Source: Octopus sinensis
Lineage: Eukaryota
Length of the DNA stretch: 64,000 bases
Reading direction: 5' to 3'
Assembly: GCF_006345805.1 (NCBI RefSeq)
Contig: NC_043003.1
Coordinates: 48,980,001-49,044,000 of the forward strand
Shown: one piece after another, positions 40,263 through 53,551 of the stretch
How positions within the stretch are numbered: position 1 is the first letter of the stretch
How the letters are laid out: the number at the start of each line of letters is the position of its first letter
The notes under the pieces: generated by a model
Database searches by the model: none
Told to the model about the DNA's origin: nothing
What the model saw: the letters and a program-made list of their open reading frames with translations, nothing else
Made by a program: the position numbers and the translations under genes

Positions 40263-40943
40263 CAACTCATCTCAGTTAAACAAACTACAAGGAATAGTTC
40301 AATGCTTTCTCCAGGGACCCAGAGCAGCGTCAGTGACTCAGATAAACAAATGTTTAGCAAAAAAAAGCCAAAACCTTTACCAAGTTGTTCGTTACGGCTC
40401 TACAAGCGAGAAGAGCAACCGTAGAAATTAAAATAACATTTTATCAAAGTTGAGCATCCATACTTTGCTTTGATAATTTCCTGTCATATCTCTTTGTAAA
40501 CGCATTCCTTCACACAGCGATTCACTAGCTTTTCGTTTCATTATATTCCGCCATTATATTTTATCTAATAAAACTCATCGCCGACATTTTGTATTTTATT
40601 TTTATTCTGCAAATCTCTATTGAAAAATGTCAAAATCCCCGGAGAGAGAGGAGAAACTGTTTAATTCATTCGTCTGACCAGCTAACCGTACAACATTGGA
40701 CTTCTATCAAATATAGAGCCTCGTCCGGGATTGTAATATGGCATGTGTATGCGATGTGCGTGTTTATGTGTCTGTATGTACATGCGTGTGTGTGTGTGTG
40801 TGTGTGTGTGTGAATATGTGCAACACTTTATGTGTGCATATGTTCCTTTAACATACATACTCATATATACACACAGACATGTATGCACATACATGTGAAA
40901 ATATTTACGCATACAATGCGTAGGTATATATATATATACATAT

Positions 40944-41012
<69 letters not shown>

Positions 41013-41150
41013 GTATATACACACACACAATATACTCATACACACACATACAAACATACATATACACATACATACATATATAAATATATGTGTATATATA
41101 AATGTACGTATGTATACATACATACATACATACATACATACATACATACA

Positions 41151-41278
<128 letters not shown>

Positions 41279-41925
41279 TATACATACATACATACATATA
41301 CATATAATATATAAATCGGGAGAAGGAACGATTAATGCATATTCATTTGAATATATTCGTTTTATTTCGTTGGAACCACTTAATGCCTCTTAGAATCGCA
41401 GATAAGAGCATGATATATTTTCATTTTGCCACACTTTGTTCAGTTTATTGCTTTACTTTGTTAAATTCCATTGCGAATGTCTTTCAGTTTTATATTTCTA
41501 CTACACCCGGTTTAATACCACAAAGGTTTTATCTAGTCTTTATGTTTTTAGCTTTGCCCAAACTATATCTAATCTGTCTCTTTGTTTACCATCACCTACT
41601 AGCTATTTGGTTCCTTTAGCGTGGATTTCCATTCTGTTTCAAGAAAATGGATCTGTGTTTCTAGAAAGTCGTTCCCTAGTTTGGGGACGACTTTCTAGAA
41701 GCACAGATTTTTCTGAAAGTGATCATGTACATAGTCTTTTCTCTTCTGATAAAGATATAAATAAAATGCCTTTGAGGAGTTCATAAAGACGAGCGATGGG
41801 TTTATTGAAAACTGAGTATAAAAAGTTTTTTTTAAAATGTTTCGTCCAAATGTACAAGTTAGCTTCTAAAGAGGAAAATGTCTTAAACATAACCTTTAAT
41901 AGGCAAGAGAGAAGGAGGGAGAGAG

Positions 41926-41970
<45 letters not shown>

Positions 41971-42127
41971 AGAGATATGGAAGGAAGGAGAGTTTAAGAT
42001 AGAGTAGGAATGAGGGAGAAAGGGAGATTGAGATAGATATACAAATAGATAGAAATATAGATAGACAGATAGATGATAGATAGACTGATAGATAGATAGA
42101 TCGATAGGTAGACAGATAAAGAGAGAG

Positions 42128-42159
<32 letters not shown>

Positions 42160-42848
42160 AGAGAGAGAGAGAGATACACGACATTCCATGGTAGAGAATA
42201 AATATGTCTGTTGTGGAGTGAACTGACACCCCCGCATGTGACTGCCAGTGGACTGGACAAGCCTTATGAATAGATGAACCAGTAGACAGTTGAGGTGGAA
42301 CTGTGAGAGCGATGGTCACGTTACTGATTCTGCGTTGGAGTACTGGATTGTTATTGTACGAACGGTTATAATAAGATAACCAACTCTTGTTATATTCCTT
42401 ATTGTTACACGGTAAAATTTGGTGCTGTGATATATCGTTACACTCACGCATCATATATCGTCACTGGTGATATAACAATGTTCTGTATGAATTACTCCAC
42501 CATGTATAAACCTGATGTAGCCGAGTCCTGCTGGGAGTCTGTGAATTTGTTTTACTCACGTGTTGTGACGTAATAATGCTTTAAAATAACAAAAGCAAAA
42601 TCGTAAGATTTCGAAGAATATAGTCGATTATACTAGAAATTGTATTTCTTTTTCTCCTCATCCCCGGAAGAATGAAAGGAAATGTTATCCTCCACAGGAT
42701 TTGAACCCAGAATATGAATATCCGTAACTAAGTAACGCAAGTAATTTTTCCCCACGGTCTAATGTGTCTGTTATCCACTACCCGCAGGGCAATATATATA
42801 TATAAGGGTTCATTCACGTTCGGTCAATTTCATCATCATCATCATCAA

Positions 42849-43225
42849 GGCGGCGAGCTGTCAGAATCCATAGTACTCCAAGCGAAATGCCTTTCATCCT
42901 TTCATCCTTTCGGGGTCGATGTAATCGACTCATCCCCCACCACAAAATTGCTGTCCTTGTAGTAAAATTCGAAACCGTTGTTTTTATTATTAAGGCGGTG
43001 AGCTGGCACAGTCGTTACCACGCAGGGAAAAATGTTTAGCGGCATTTCGTCCGTCTTCAGGTTCTAAGTTCAAATTCCGCTGAGATCGACTTAGCCCTTC
43101 ATCCTTTCGGGGTCGATAAATTAAGTACCATCAAGCACTGGGATCGTAATAATCTGCTAGTTCCCTCCCCTCAAATTTCAGGCCTTGTGCCTATAGTAGA
43201 AGCGATTATTGTTATTATTATCATT
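42849..43225 (+). mobile_element. Two tandem family-A-variant SINEs with (TTA)n tails
   Basis: GGCGGCGAGCTG and GGCGGTGAGCTGGC heads; tails ...CCTTGTGCCTATAGTAGAAGCGATTATT. Confidence 0.8.
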
Positions 43226-43640
43226 GAGAGAGCAGTGCATGCCATCAAAGTGACACTGGGGTAAAATATACGAAGGCCAGTATACCCATCATGACTACCC
43301 GTCTGCTAAGGGTACACCTGGCACATGCATTACAACCATATGTGTGCGACATTGTGACCTCATATCATAATAAACTGCGCATGACTTTGCTGGTGGGTCC
43401 CAGTTAGAATTTTCTTCAGGTTGAGGAATCCATCCCTGAATAAGTGTTGTTTAAGGATGATGGACAAAACACCCATGTTTCCAAAGGTGAATTATCCAAA
43501 ACCCAAAGAATTCCTTTCAACACATGGTTATGATGTTCCCCTACTATTTCTGCTCGTGATCAGAGATGCACATATCGTCAGCCACTAAGGAACATGTTCA
43601 ACTGGTTAAGGTCAAGCAACTGACATGGAAATTTGTGATA
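43226..43640 (-). mobile_element. Repeat family E in a SINE (TTA)n tail
   Basis: Aligns with the 31345 copy; short TTA runs on both sides. Confidence 0.85.
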
Positions 43641-43649
43641 TTATTATTA

Positions 43650-43870
43650 AGCGTGCTGGCAGAAACGTTAGCACACCGGGCAAAATGCTTCGTCTGTCTT
43701 TATGTTCTGAGTTCAAATTCCGCCGAGGTTGACTTTGCCTTTCATCCTTTCGGTGTCGATGAATTAAGTACCAGTTGCGTACCGGAGTCGATCTAATCGA
43801 CTGACCCCTTCCTCCAAAGGTTCGGGCCTTATGACTAGAGTAGAAAATATTATTATTATTATTATTAAAG
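43650..43870 (+). mobile_element. Family-A-variant SINE with (TTA)n tail
   Basis: GCTGGCAGAAACGTTAGCAC head and TTGCCTTTCATCCTTTCGG block. Confidence 0.8.
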
Positions 43871-44738
43871 CGGCAAGTATTAAAGGATTATTATTATTAT
43901 TATTGAATCATGGCAGGGATAGAATCAGTTAGAAGAAAGTTGCAGCGTATATGCTTCTGTTACGCCTTTATCAAAGCACACCGACTGACCAGTGAGGCGG
44001 CAGACTTACCATATATTTAAATATCAAGGCATTGTGTAGATTACTCTGATAAGCAGCGGACTTAATGCATTAAATTATAATATTTAATTTAGACGCATTC
44101 AGTATGAACGCTCTTGTCTTTCTACCCTCTGTAGAAAATGCAAATAATATACCAGTAATATGTTAGTAATCGATTCTCTCGATTATATTTATTCCTCAAT
44201 AAATTTCTAATGTAAGAAGCTATTATTTATTCACGCAGACTAGAGTTATAGTATGGTATTATTTTCCTTATCTTTTATGTAATACTGTAGATATGGAAGA
44301 TAAATCTGTTTTGACATTAAACGTAGACGTAACATATCAATCTTTAACGCCTGGTCTACTTCGGATTAGGTCGAAGTCGATTGTAAAATAAAACCAAACA
44401 AACTGGAATTATTTATCTTCTTTCTTCTATTCTATAGTCGTCATCTTATCGTCAGCATGTACTAAATTAACAATTCACAGCGTGGAAAAATTTGGTTTTG
44501 GGATTTACAGCAAGAAAAAAATTTAATTACGAGCTCGAGGATTTATTCATGTGTTAAGTATTCAAAATCGTTGATAAAAATATAATTAGAAATAATTTAT
44601 TCAAAATATATAGTAGCTTTTACATATATATATATGTATATATATATATAAAATCTTAGGGTATCAAGAATATTCATAGGAAAAATCTTAGTTACCAGTG
44701 GTCTAGCGAGAGAGTAAAAAAATTAGTCAATAGACTAC

Positions 44739-44968
44739 ATATTATTCAAAGAAGAATACAGTGTGCGTTCAAACACGAAAGAGATACCTCGAAGAATAGG
44801 ATATCTGACTCGCTAGGATTAAGGTAAACGATTTTATTTTCCAATCACTTTCGGAATTACAATTGGTGACTTGGAGTTTTAACTGCTCTTTCTAGCGAGT
44901 CAGATATCCTATTCTTCGGGTATCTCTTTTGTGTTTGAACGTACACTGTATTCTTCTTTGAATAGTAT
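44739..44968. mobile_element. MITE-like element with ~75-bp inverted repeats next to (TA)n
   Basis: TATTCAAAGAAGAATACAGTG...ATATCTGACTCGCTAG (44743-44816) matches its near-exact reverse complement at 44892-44964. Confidence 0.75.
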
Positions 44969-45023
<55 letters not shown>

Positions 45024-45052
45024 ATATATATAATATATATATATATATATAT

Positions 45053-45137
<85 letters not shown>

Positions 45138-45156
45138 GTGTGTGTGTGTGTATATG

Positions 45157-45189
<33 letters not shown>

Positions 45190-45219
45190 GTATATGTATA
45201 TATAGGTATATGTATATGT

Positions 45220-46642
45220 CAGGTCGCTCTTGAGTGCTACTGGTACCATGTAGTCTAGTACAACCTTTTCTATGGTCGGGTCGTCGGCGACTAAGCACTA
45301 AACTGGCAACCTCACCAGGCCTGCTTGGTGAGGTGGGTGCTTGTTGAAACACCTGCGGGACAAAAAATAAGACCCGTAAAAGGGAGGAGGAACTACAACG
45401 TAGTCAACGGCCATTCAACTACGCATGGTTGTGGAGTGTTTGTGTGTGTTTGTATTGTATATATTGCATTTTAAACTCTGTGTATGTGTGCGTATTGTAT
45501 ATATTGTATTTCAACGTGTGTGTGTACATATTGTATATTGTGTTCTTAAATTGTATATACATTGTATGGCGGCTTAGCTTCCAAGCCCGGTGGAACTGCA
45601 ACCACTTGACGGGAGAAAGGGCAAAGGCGGATATCTGGTGCCACAAAACCAGTTGCTTCGGGCAGGCGGGGCTCGTCAACCCGGGAGGACAGCCCACCTG
45701 GGGGAAGGGAAACCCTGATTTCAAACCTATGCCGTCTTGCGAGATACCTGATCACAGGAAGGCTTCAAGAGTAAACCTCGAGGAAAAATCAGGAGTCGGA
45801 GCCCCTAAGACTGCTCAATGTTGACTTCGACTTCGTCCTGGCAGCTCTTGCGACCACGTTGGCACCAAACTGCAGCATCCCGCTGTTCCTTTGGATTCGT
45901 CAGCGAGGTGGAGATGGGGGACAAGTTGCATGGCCAACAACCTGTTCTCCATACTACATTGCCCAGGCTCACATTCGTCCACGCCATCATTAAACATGCA
46001 CACCTGCACCTGAAGAAAACACTTCAGCTTCGCCATTTATTTGGTGTCGACACAACACGGAAAGCAGCAGATAACGGTTAAAAGTCTTTACTCAATTAGC
46101 GTAGAGTGCGGCGCCAGGGGTTGCTTCCGACGGTGGGAGAGATCTTCGAGTCTCATTGGACAGCTACCGCCCGCCTCAAGTTAGGCAGATCCCAGTCAGT
46201 AAGGTGTTGTCCCTTGTTGACAGTGAAAACAAAGATGGCTGTGTACAATGCCTGTGTCCTCAGCACCCTGTTGCATGGCATTGAGACATGGACCACATAC
46301 GTCCGTCAGGACAAAAAGCTGAATAGCTTCCATTTCAGAAGTCTACGACGCCTTCTCGGCATCTCCTGGCAGGACAAGGTGACCAACATGGACGTCCTGA
46401 CTCGTGCTGGCCTCCCTTCCACGTACACATTGCTGAGACAACGTCGACTACGCAGGTGGCTAGGCCACGTTCGCCGGATGGAGGACGACCGAATCACAAA
46501 AGACATTCTCTACGGAGAACTCGGAGCAGGACAGAGGAACAAGGGCCGCCACAGTTGAGGTACAAGGACGTATGCAGGAGGGACATAAAGGCACTCAACA
46601 TCGGCATCAACCCCTGAGAGGACCTGGCAGCAGACCAGAGCA
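45220..46642 (+). mobile_element. RTE-clade LINE relic: 5' UTR-like region joined to the RT C-terminus
   Basis: LTVKTKMAVYNACVLSTLLHGIETW...ISWQDKVTN.DVL.RA...RQRRLRRWLGHVRRMEDDRITKDILYGEL...LRYKDVC is a canonical RTE C-terminus (46210-46642). The 5' assignment is less certain. Confidence 0.85.
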
Positions 46643-46865
46643 ATGTGAAAAAAAGTGTTTTGTTGAAGAGTACAACACGAATTGAAACCACGATCCAACG
46701 ATCGTGAGTGCAACAGCCTAAACGCTAGGCCACGCGCCTTCAAAGTACTTTCACATTGCTCCAGTTCCCTTTCGATCAATGGGGAAATGCTGGTCTACTC
46801 GCCTAGCCAGCAGGATGCTATCATTCAATAGCTAAAACGATGCAAAGCACATCTGATAGTCTGGT
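46643..46865. mobile_element. Family C SINE pieces (minus-strand head followed by a plus-strand body)
   Basis: Reverse-complement head TGAAGGCGCGTGGCCTAG ends at about 46742; the body resembles 50200-50320. Confidence 0.6.
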
Positions 46866-48007
46866 ATGAAACCGGCAGTTGCTGGTAGTTTCATATCCAT
46901 CCGAAGCAACGTAGCACAAGCAAAATAATAGCTTTTTGTTTGGCATCCTTTGAGAAGAGAATCAACTCTCCACTTCTTTAAAGCCGTAATGTTAATTTAC
47001 AACTCACATAATCTGATGAGAGAGTCTCTGAATAGTAACTCAACCAGTTAAACGTTATAAATAAAGTCTAGTGCAAGTGCAGTGAAAAATGCAAATAGTA
47101 TTTGCAAAATTTAAGCATTGTTATGTTCTTTATTTGTTCCAAGCGAAACGTAACACAGAATATTCCACCAAATTTTAGAAAAGTGTTTCAATGAAAAGAA
47201 ATATGCATTGCAGCTTGGCAGAATATTATGGACACAGATTATTAAAAATGGTCAAAAGAACTTGATGTTGATATTGAACAATATCCAGATCAGGTATTGA
47301 TAAGGAAAGAGTCATGGTAGCCAAATATACAACGTCTATTTATCTATCTACGTTTACCAAGTATTGTTATACCAATGAGCTGTAATATAATAGTTTAACG
47401 TATCCTAAAGAAAATATCTAATAGATTTCTACAAATTTTGATGGACGAATATAAATGGATCATTTTATGTCTTTAAGACGTAAGTTAATTCTTCTATGAG
47501 ATTACATCTTTATCATGTAATAAATAATGATTCACTTTGACAAGGAAATAGGATCGAATATTCTCGAATACAGGGAATACAGTTAATAGAATCTAAGTTA
47601 ACGCATAACTGGTTTACCATAACTTAGTTTACCAGTAGTTTACCAATTCTGGATGAACGAGTGTGTGTGTGTGTGTGTATGTGTGTATGTGTGTGTGTAT
47701 GTGTGTGTGTCGCTTGTTTTTCTCTTCCTATTCCATAAATCAGTCACTAAATTACAAAATATAGTCTTCCCACGTAGAAGAATGATCAATTATACACTGC
47801 AACCGCAGACAGTTTGTGCCGATACAAAGGCAGTTCCGAGTGAGAAACAGCATTCTAATTAATTTGCTACTTTGTTAGTCAATGTACATACAAACAGCTC
47901 CAATTTATGCCAATGAACTAATTAGCTTATATTTCCTAATAAACACATAAATCGATTTTCATATGAAATGCCTTTGATAAACATTATTATTATTATTATT
48001 ATTATTA

Positions 48008-48047
<40 letters not shown>

Positions 48048-48504
48048 GTTGTTGTTGTTGTTGTTGTTGTTGTTATCATTATTAGCAGTAGTAGTTGTAG
48101 CTGTTGTTATTATTATTATTTTCGTCACAGTTTAACACAATAAGCAAGATTACAATGAAATGCAGTGAACTCAGCACATTGCATCACTGTACAAACAAAC
48201 GTGGCTTTCATCTCTGGAAGGTCGATAAAGCAATTACCAGTTATATTCTAGGATTAATTCAGTCAAATTATACAATCCCGCTATAACTAATGGCCTGTAA
48301 CTAAATAATCTAATAATAATGATGTTAAGGTGGCAATATGGATATTTGTAACCGGAAAAATATCTCCCCCGCCACATCAATCTACTCTAAACCTCCGACG
48401 ATGTAATCCATAACTTATACTGTCATGAAAGACAATTACTTCGCTGAAGTAATGAACTGCCATCTACTCAGAAGATATGAAATAGAGGATGCAACAGAGA
48501 GAGG

Positions 48505-48535
<31 letters not shown>

Positions 48536-48857
48536 GGGTGGGTGGGAGAAGAAAGAAAGAAAAGAGTGGGAGAAAAAAGAGCTAGAAGCGAGAAGGAAGG
48601 AGGGGGGAGAGAGAGAACGCAGCGAAAGAGGAGATGTTAACATATGGTTTCTCAACCTGCTGAAAATAACGGCCAAAAATTCTCGTTAGTTACATCTACA
48701 TATCCAACCTTCATCAATAAAGGCTTTCTTGAACGAGTCTACTCTTATCACCGAGCCTACTGTTATTTTGGGTGTCTCCTGAACTCGCCGCTGATGTTTT
48801 TTTGAGGGTCTTTCGACTCTTGCCCTAGTGGAATTTATTACGCACACGAATACATAC

Positions 48858-48946
<89 letters not shown>

Positions 48947-49021
48947 ACACACACACACACACACCACACACACTCACACACTCTCATACACTCAGCGTCA
49001 GCAATATGCATATACAGAGAA

Positions 49022-49251
49022 GGCGGCGAGCTGGCAGAATCGTTAGCACGCCGGGTGAAATGCTTAGCAGTATTTCGTCTGTCTTTACGTTCTGAGTTCA
49101 AATTCCGCCAAGGTCGACTTTGCCTTTCATCCTTTCGGGGTCGATAAATTAAGTACCAGTTACGCACTGGGGTCGATGTAATCGACTTAATCCCTTTGTC
49201 TCTCCTTGTTTGTCCCCTCTATGTTAGCCCCTTGTAGGCAATAAAGAAATA
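49022..49251 (+). mobile_element. SINE family A, full length
   Basis: 19-bp TSD AATATG[C/G]ATATACAGAGAA at 49003-49021 and 49252-49270. Confidence 0.93.
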
Positions 49252-49667
49252 AATATGGATATACAGAGAAAGAGTGAGAGAGTGTTGCAAATATATAGAG
49301 AGAGGTTGGGGATGGGGAAGTTTACAATGAAAAACGCTTAAAAGTCAAAGAGACAGATATATAGAGGGAATCTTTTCTGTTGTCACAGATTTTGAAATTT
49401 AAAAATTAAGCGACAATTTTCAACTTTTTACATTGATATAATCTTTTTACGCTGAATACGATTTTGCTATTCATTTCTTCCAGAAAGCTTTTCGAAAAAT
49501 GTTACAGAAATTAAAAAATTGATGATTTTTCCTCAATCAGAAAGCAGGATTTAGAAGCTAGCATTTATTTTTGTGTGATAGCTATCACAAAATGAAAGGG
49601 AAAATATTGCAACGAAGTTTTAAACAAGATGAAAGCAATTGTATGTCATATCAAGAAAGAAAGAGAA

Positions 49668-49712
<45 letters not shown>

Positions 49713-49870
49713 GAGTGAGAGTCAAGGAGCAGCATGCGTGAGAGATATAGATATACAAAGAAAGAGGGAGAAAAAAGAGGGAGAAAAAAGAGGGAGAAAA
49801 AAGAGGGAGAGAGAGAATGGTAAATATATATAGAGAGCGGAGAATACATAAAAGACAGATAGATAAATAA

Positions 49871-49950
<80 letters not shown>

Positions 49951-50109
49951 GACAGATACAGAGGGGTAGATTTAGCGATCTAAAAGTCGAGTTATTTCTC
50001 GCAGCAAATCCTATTTTTATATTATTAATTACCGAATACCTTCCCCTTGAGATGCAGATATCGAAAATCAAGTCTGTTTCTCTCGAGGACACACCGTTTC
50101 TGTGTGTGT

Positions 50110-50336
50110 GAAGGCGTGTGACTTAGTGGTTAGGCTGTTGCACTTACGATCGCTAGATCATGGGTTCAATTCTCTGACTGGGCGACGCGTTGTGTTCTTG
50201 AGCAAAGCACTTCATTTCACATCCCCCTTCTATCAAGGGTGGCGTCATTTGAAGGCTAAAACAATGCAAAAAAGCGCATTGTGACTAGCGATGTGTAACT
50301 GCATCTGATAGCCTTGTCGGTCACATGTGATCACGT

Positions 50337-50340
<4 letters not shown>
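50110..50340 (+). mobile_element. SINE family C
   Basis: tRNA head plus GTTGTGTTCTTGAGCAAAGCACTT; tail GATCACGTGA. Confidence 0.8.
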
Positions 50341-50379
<39 letters not shown>

Positions 50380-50559
50380 TCATATATATATTACGTGATC
50401 ACGCGTGCGTGTGTGTGCGTGACGAGTGTGTATTTCATTCATCAGTCTTGCAGACATTGGAGAGCATCGAAGGTGGAGGAAAAGTAACTTCTGAAATCCC
50501 CTACCTGCAACCACAGCCGAGCGCTCTCCCGCACATACACACACACACACGTATGATAG

Positions 50560-51435
50560 GATGTTCGGCGGCTAAATTCGATGTTTTATTGCGTTTCCTT
50601 TTGTTAGGAACAGTTAATGTATTGGTGAACGGCACTTGAGAGTATAAATATCAAAACTGTAGTTGGAAAGACAAAAGAAGCCATCTGAATACTGGAAAAG
50701 AATTACCTGTATCATGATGATAAAAATCCGACATCATGATTGCTGCTCAATGCTCTGCGAACACTGTAAAAGCTGTAGGACATGACATGGGTACCTCCAA
50801 TACAGACTACGAAGCCCTGGTCAACAGGAAAGGGCCCAACAGTCTTTCTGACCGCTTTCACACGCCGGAATTCATTCGACTGCTGTTAAATAGGACCTCA
50901 AACTCAATTCAGATGGCTATGTGAAACGGCTGGAGATTGTGGCTAGAAGGCCCACAGCTCATAAGCTGAAACTAGAATCAATCAATCAATCAATATGCCA
51001 ACAGCATTCAACTCCTTACTTTACCCATGGAAAGAATCATAAGTGGTTTCCGGAGAATTTCTACGACTTCGTCAACCTCAATTTTTGGCCTCTTTATTCC
51101 TCTGATTGTAATCCTATGGATTGCCTTGTGTGAGGTGCGGTTGAAAAAGACATCAACCCTTCTGCTTGCAACACGAACGCCAGCCTGGTGGCCAAGATCA
51201 AGGAGGTGTTCGAAGATCTTTCCAGGGACAAAGTGAAGAACGCATGCGTCAGGTTCCGGAGCCAGGTTGAGGCTGTGGTGAAAGCTGAAGGCAGCTACTT
51301 TGAAAAAAACTCTTATCTCTTAGCCCTAATTAGTTAATATGTTTTTTTATTTCTTAAAATATTTTTATGTTTGGATGGAATATTGGGTTTTCTACTCTTT
51401 GTATGCAAACTGTTAAATTTATAGAACAAACCGTA
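50560..51435 (+). mobile_element. Tc1/mariner superfamily (maT/DD37D-like) transposase relic
   Basis: QQHSTPYFT..KWFPENFYDFVNLNFWPLYSSDCNPMDCLV*GAVEK...NACVRFRSQVEAVVKAEGSYFE resembles QQD.AP.H / WPPNSPD.NP.DY..W / R.EAVV.AEG.YFE. Confidence 0.85.
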
Positions 51436-51436
51436 T

Positions 51437-51855
51437 ACATACAGGCGTGGCTGTGAGGTAAGAATCTTGCTTTCCAGCCACATAATTCCGGGTTCAGTCC
51501 CACTGCGTGGCATCTTGAGCAAGTGTCTTCTACTGTAACCTCAGGCCAACCAAAGCCTTGTGAGTAGATTTGGTAGACAGAAACTGAAAGAAGCTCGTCG
51601 TATATATACGTATATATCTATTTGTGTGTGTCATTGTGTCTTGTTTGTCCCCCCCATTACCGATTGACAACCGGCATTGATGTGTTTACGCCCCCTTAAC
51701 TTGGCGGTTCGACAAAAAAGACTGATAGAATAAGTACTAGGCTTTTAAAAAATAAGTCTTGGGGATATGTTCGACTAAAACCCTCCAAAGCGGTGCTCCA
51801 GCATGGCCGCAGTCAAATGACTGAGACAAGTAAAATAATAACAGAATAAAAGAAT
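51437..51855 (+). mobile_element. SINE family B, full length
   Basis: Aligns end to end with the 11882 copy. Confidence 0.9.
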
Positions 51856-52329
51856 TCACACAACACACACACACATAGACACACAAAAATACACAAACAC
51901 ATGTATAGGCAAATAGAAAATAAACATAAAAAGAACAAAAGTCAAAATGGCGTACACAGTAAATGTATTAGAATAATAGCAAAGGTCCGGAGAGAAGGAA
52001 AAAAATATCCAAGTAAAGCACGTATGTGGTTACATCGCTCATCCTTATTATAACGACTAGCGGAAAGGACGGATTACTTGCAGAATTATCAGTCTTTCCT
52101 CAATGACTCCTTAGCTAGTGATCAAGCGATTTGTATTCAACAGTTACATGCAGTATCGAACATACGATGAGAAAACAGGTTTTATATGAATATTCAAGAG
52201 ACAAAATGATATTAACTGCACTTGACATATGTTTGAAAACTGATGCTTATATTTGATGTTAAACCTGTGAAAAAAACAAAAAACAAAAACAAAAACAAAA
52301 ACAAATTTAACATATATAGATATAAGCAA

Positions 52330-52740
52330 GGCATCGTATGACAGTTGAATGCGTAATATATATTTATGGATATACAACAAATGTGTCAAGTAATGATATG
52401 CCAAATGAACTTAATGATATGCGCTTAATAATATATGTTTATATATATTACGCAACAGAATACTTCAAGGTATGGGTATGATAGATGAAGATTTAATAAT
52501 AAGTGTTTATAGATATTCAACAAAGCACTGCAGGATGTGACGTAATAAATGAATGCTTAATAATATGTATTTAAAAACATGCGGCAGAGTACTTCAAGGT
52601 ATGGCATGATAACCAAATGCTTATTGATATATTTAGATACGTACAACAAAATACTTCAACGTGTTTTGTAGTAGATGAAGGCACATTAATATTCGCTACA
52701 GGACACTTTGAAGTATGGTATGTAATATAAACGTATAATT
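52330..52740. repeat. Decayed ~60-65-bp tandem repeat
   Basis: Recurring GCTTAATAATAT...CAACA.A.TACTTCAAGGTATGG..TGATA. Confidence 0.65.
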
Positions 52741-52841
52741 AATTTCCCCCACTTTCCATATGTATTGTGTGTCAGTAATGCCTCATACATACATACATAC
52801 ATACATACATACATACATACATGCATACATACATACATACA

Positions 52842-52875
<34 letters not shown>

Positions 52876-53316
52876 CAGACGTATATATATATATCTTTTA
52901 TCTGTTGCTTCTTTCACTCATTTGATTGCAGCCATGAAACGTTCGTCGAACAAATCGATTCCAGTACTTAGGTTTGTCTAAGCCTGGTACTTGTTCTACC
53001 AGCCTCTTACAGCCAACCCGATAACTTACAGAGAATATACAAACCAAAGCTGTTTGTCAAGCAGTGGTGGAAGGCAAACACACAGACACACACACACACA
53101 CACACACACACCACACACACAGAGAAACAGACGCAAACACACACATGGTGATTACGCGGTATCACTTAACCATGCTGTTATCAAACAACCAGTGCGAAAC
53201 CGATTGGTCAGATCGGTCGTAATGGATATATGCTATTGTATACTACGAATATACCCACTCTATTGACGCATATATGAGTGCATATTTTTGCTGTTTTATG
53301 GATTCTTAAACGACTA

Positions 53317-53425
<109 letters not shown>

Positions 53426-53442
53426 GTGTATATGTCTGTCTG

Positions 53443-53551
<109 letters not shown>

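Noticed and set aside
40441-40478. Small hairpin TTATCAAAG...CTTTGATAA
   Set aside because: A 9-bp AT-rich stem is expected by chance in 64 kb.
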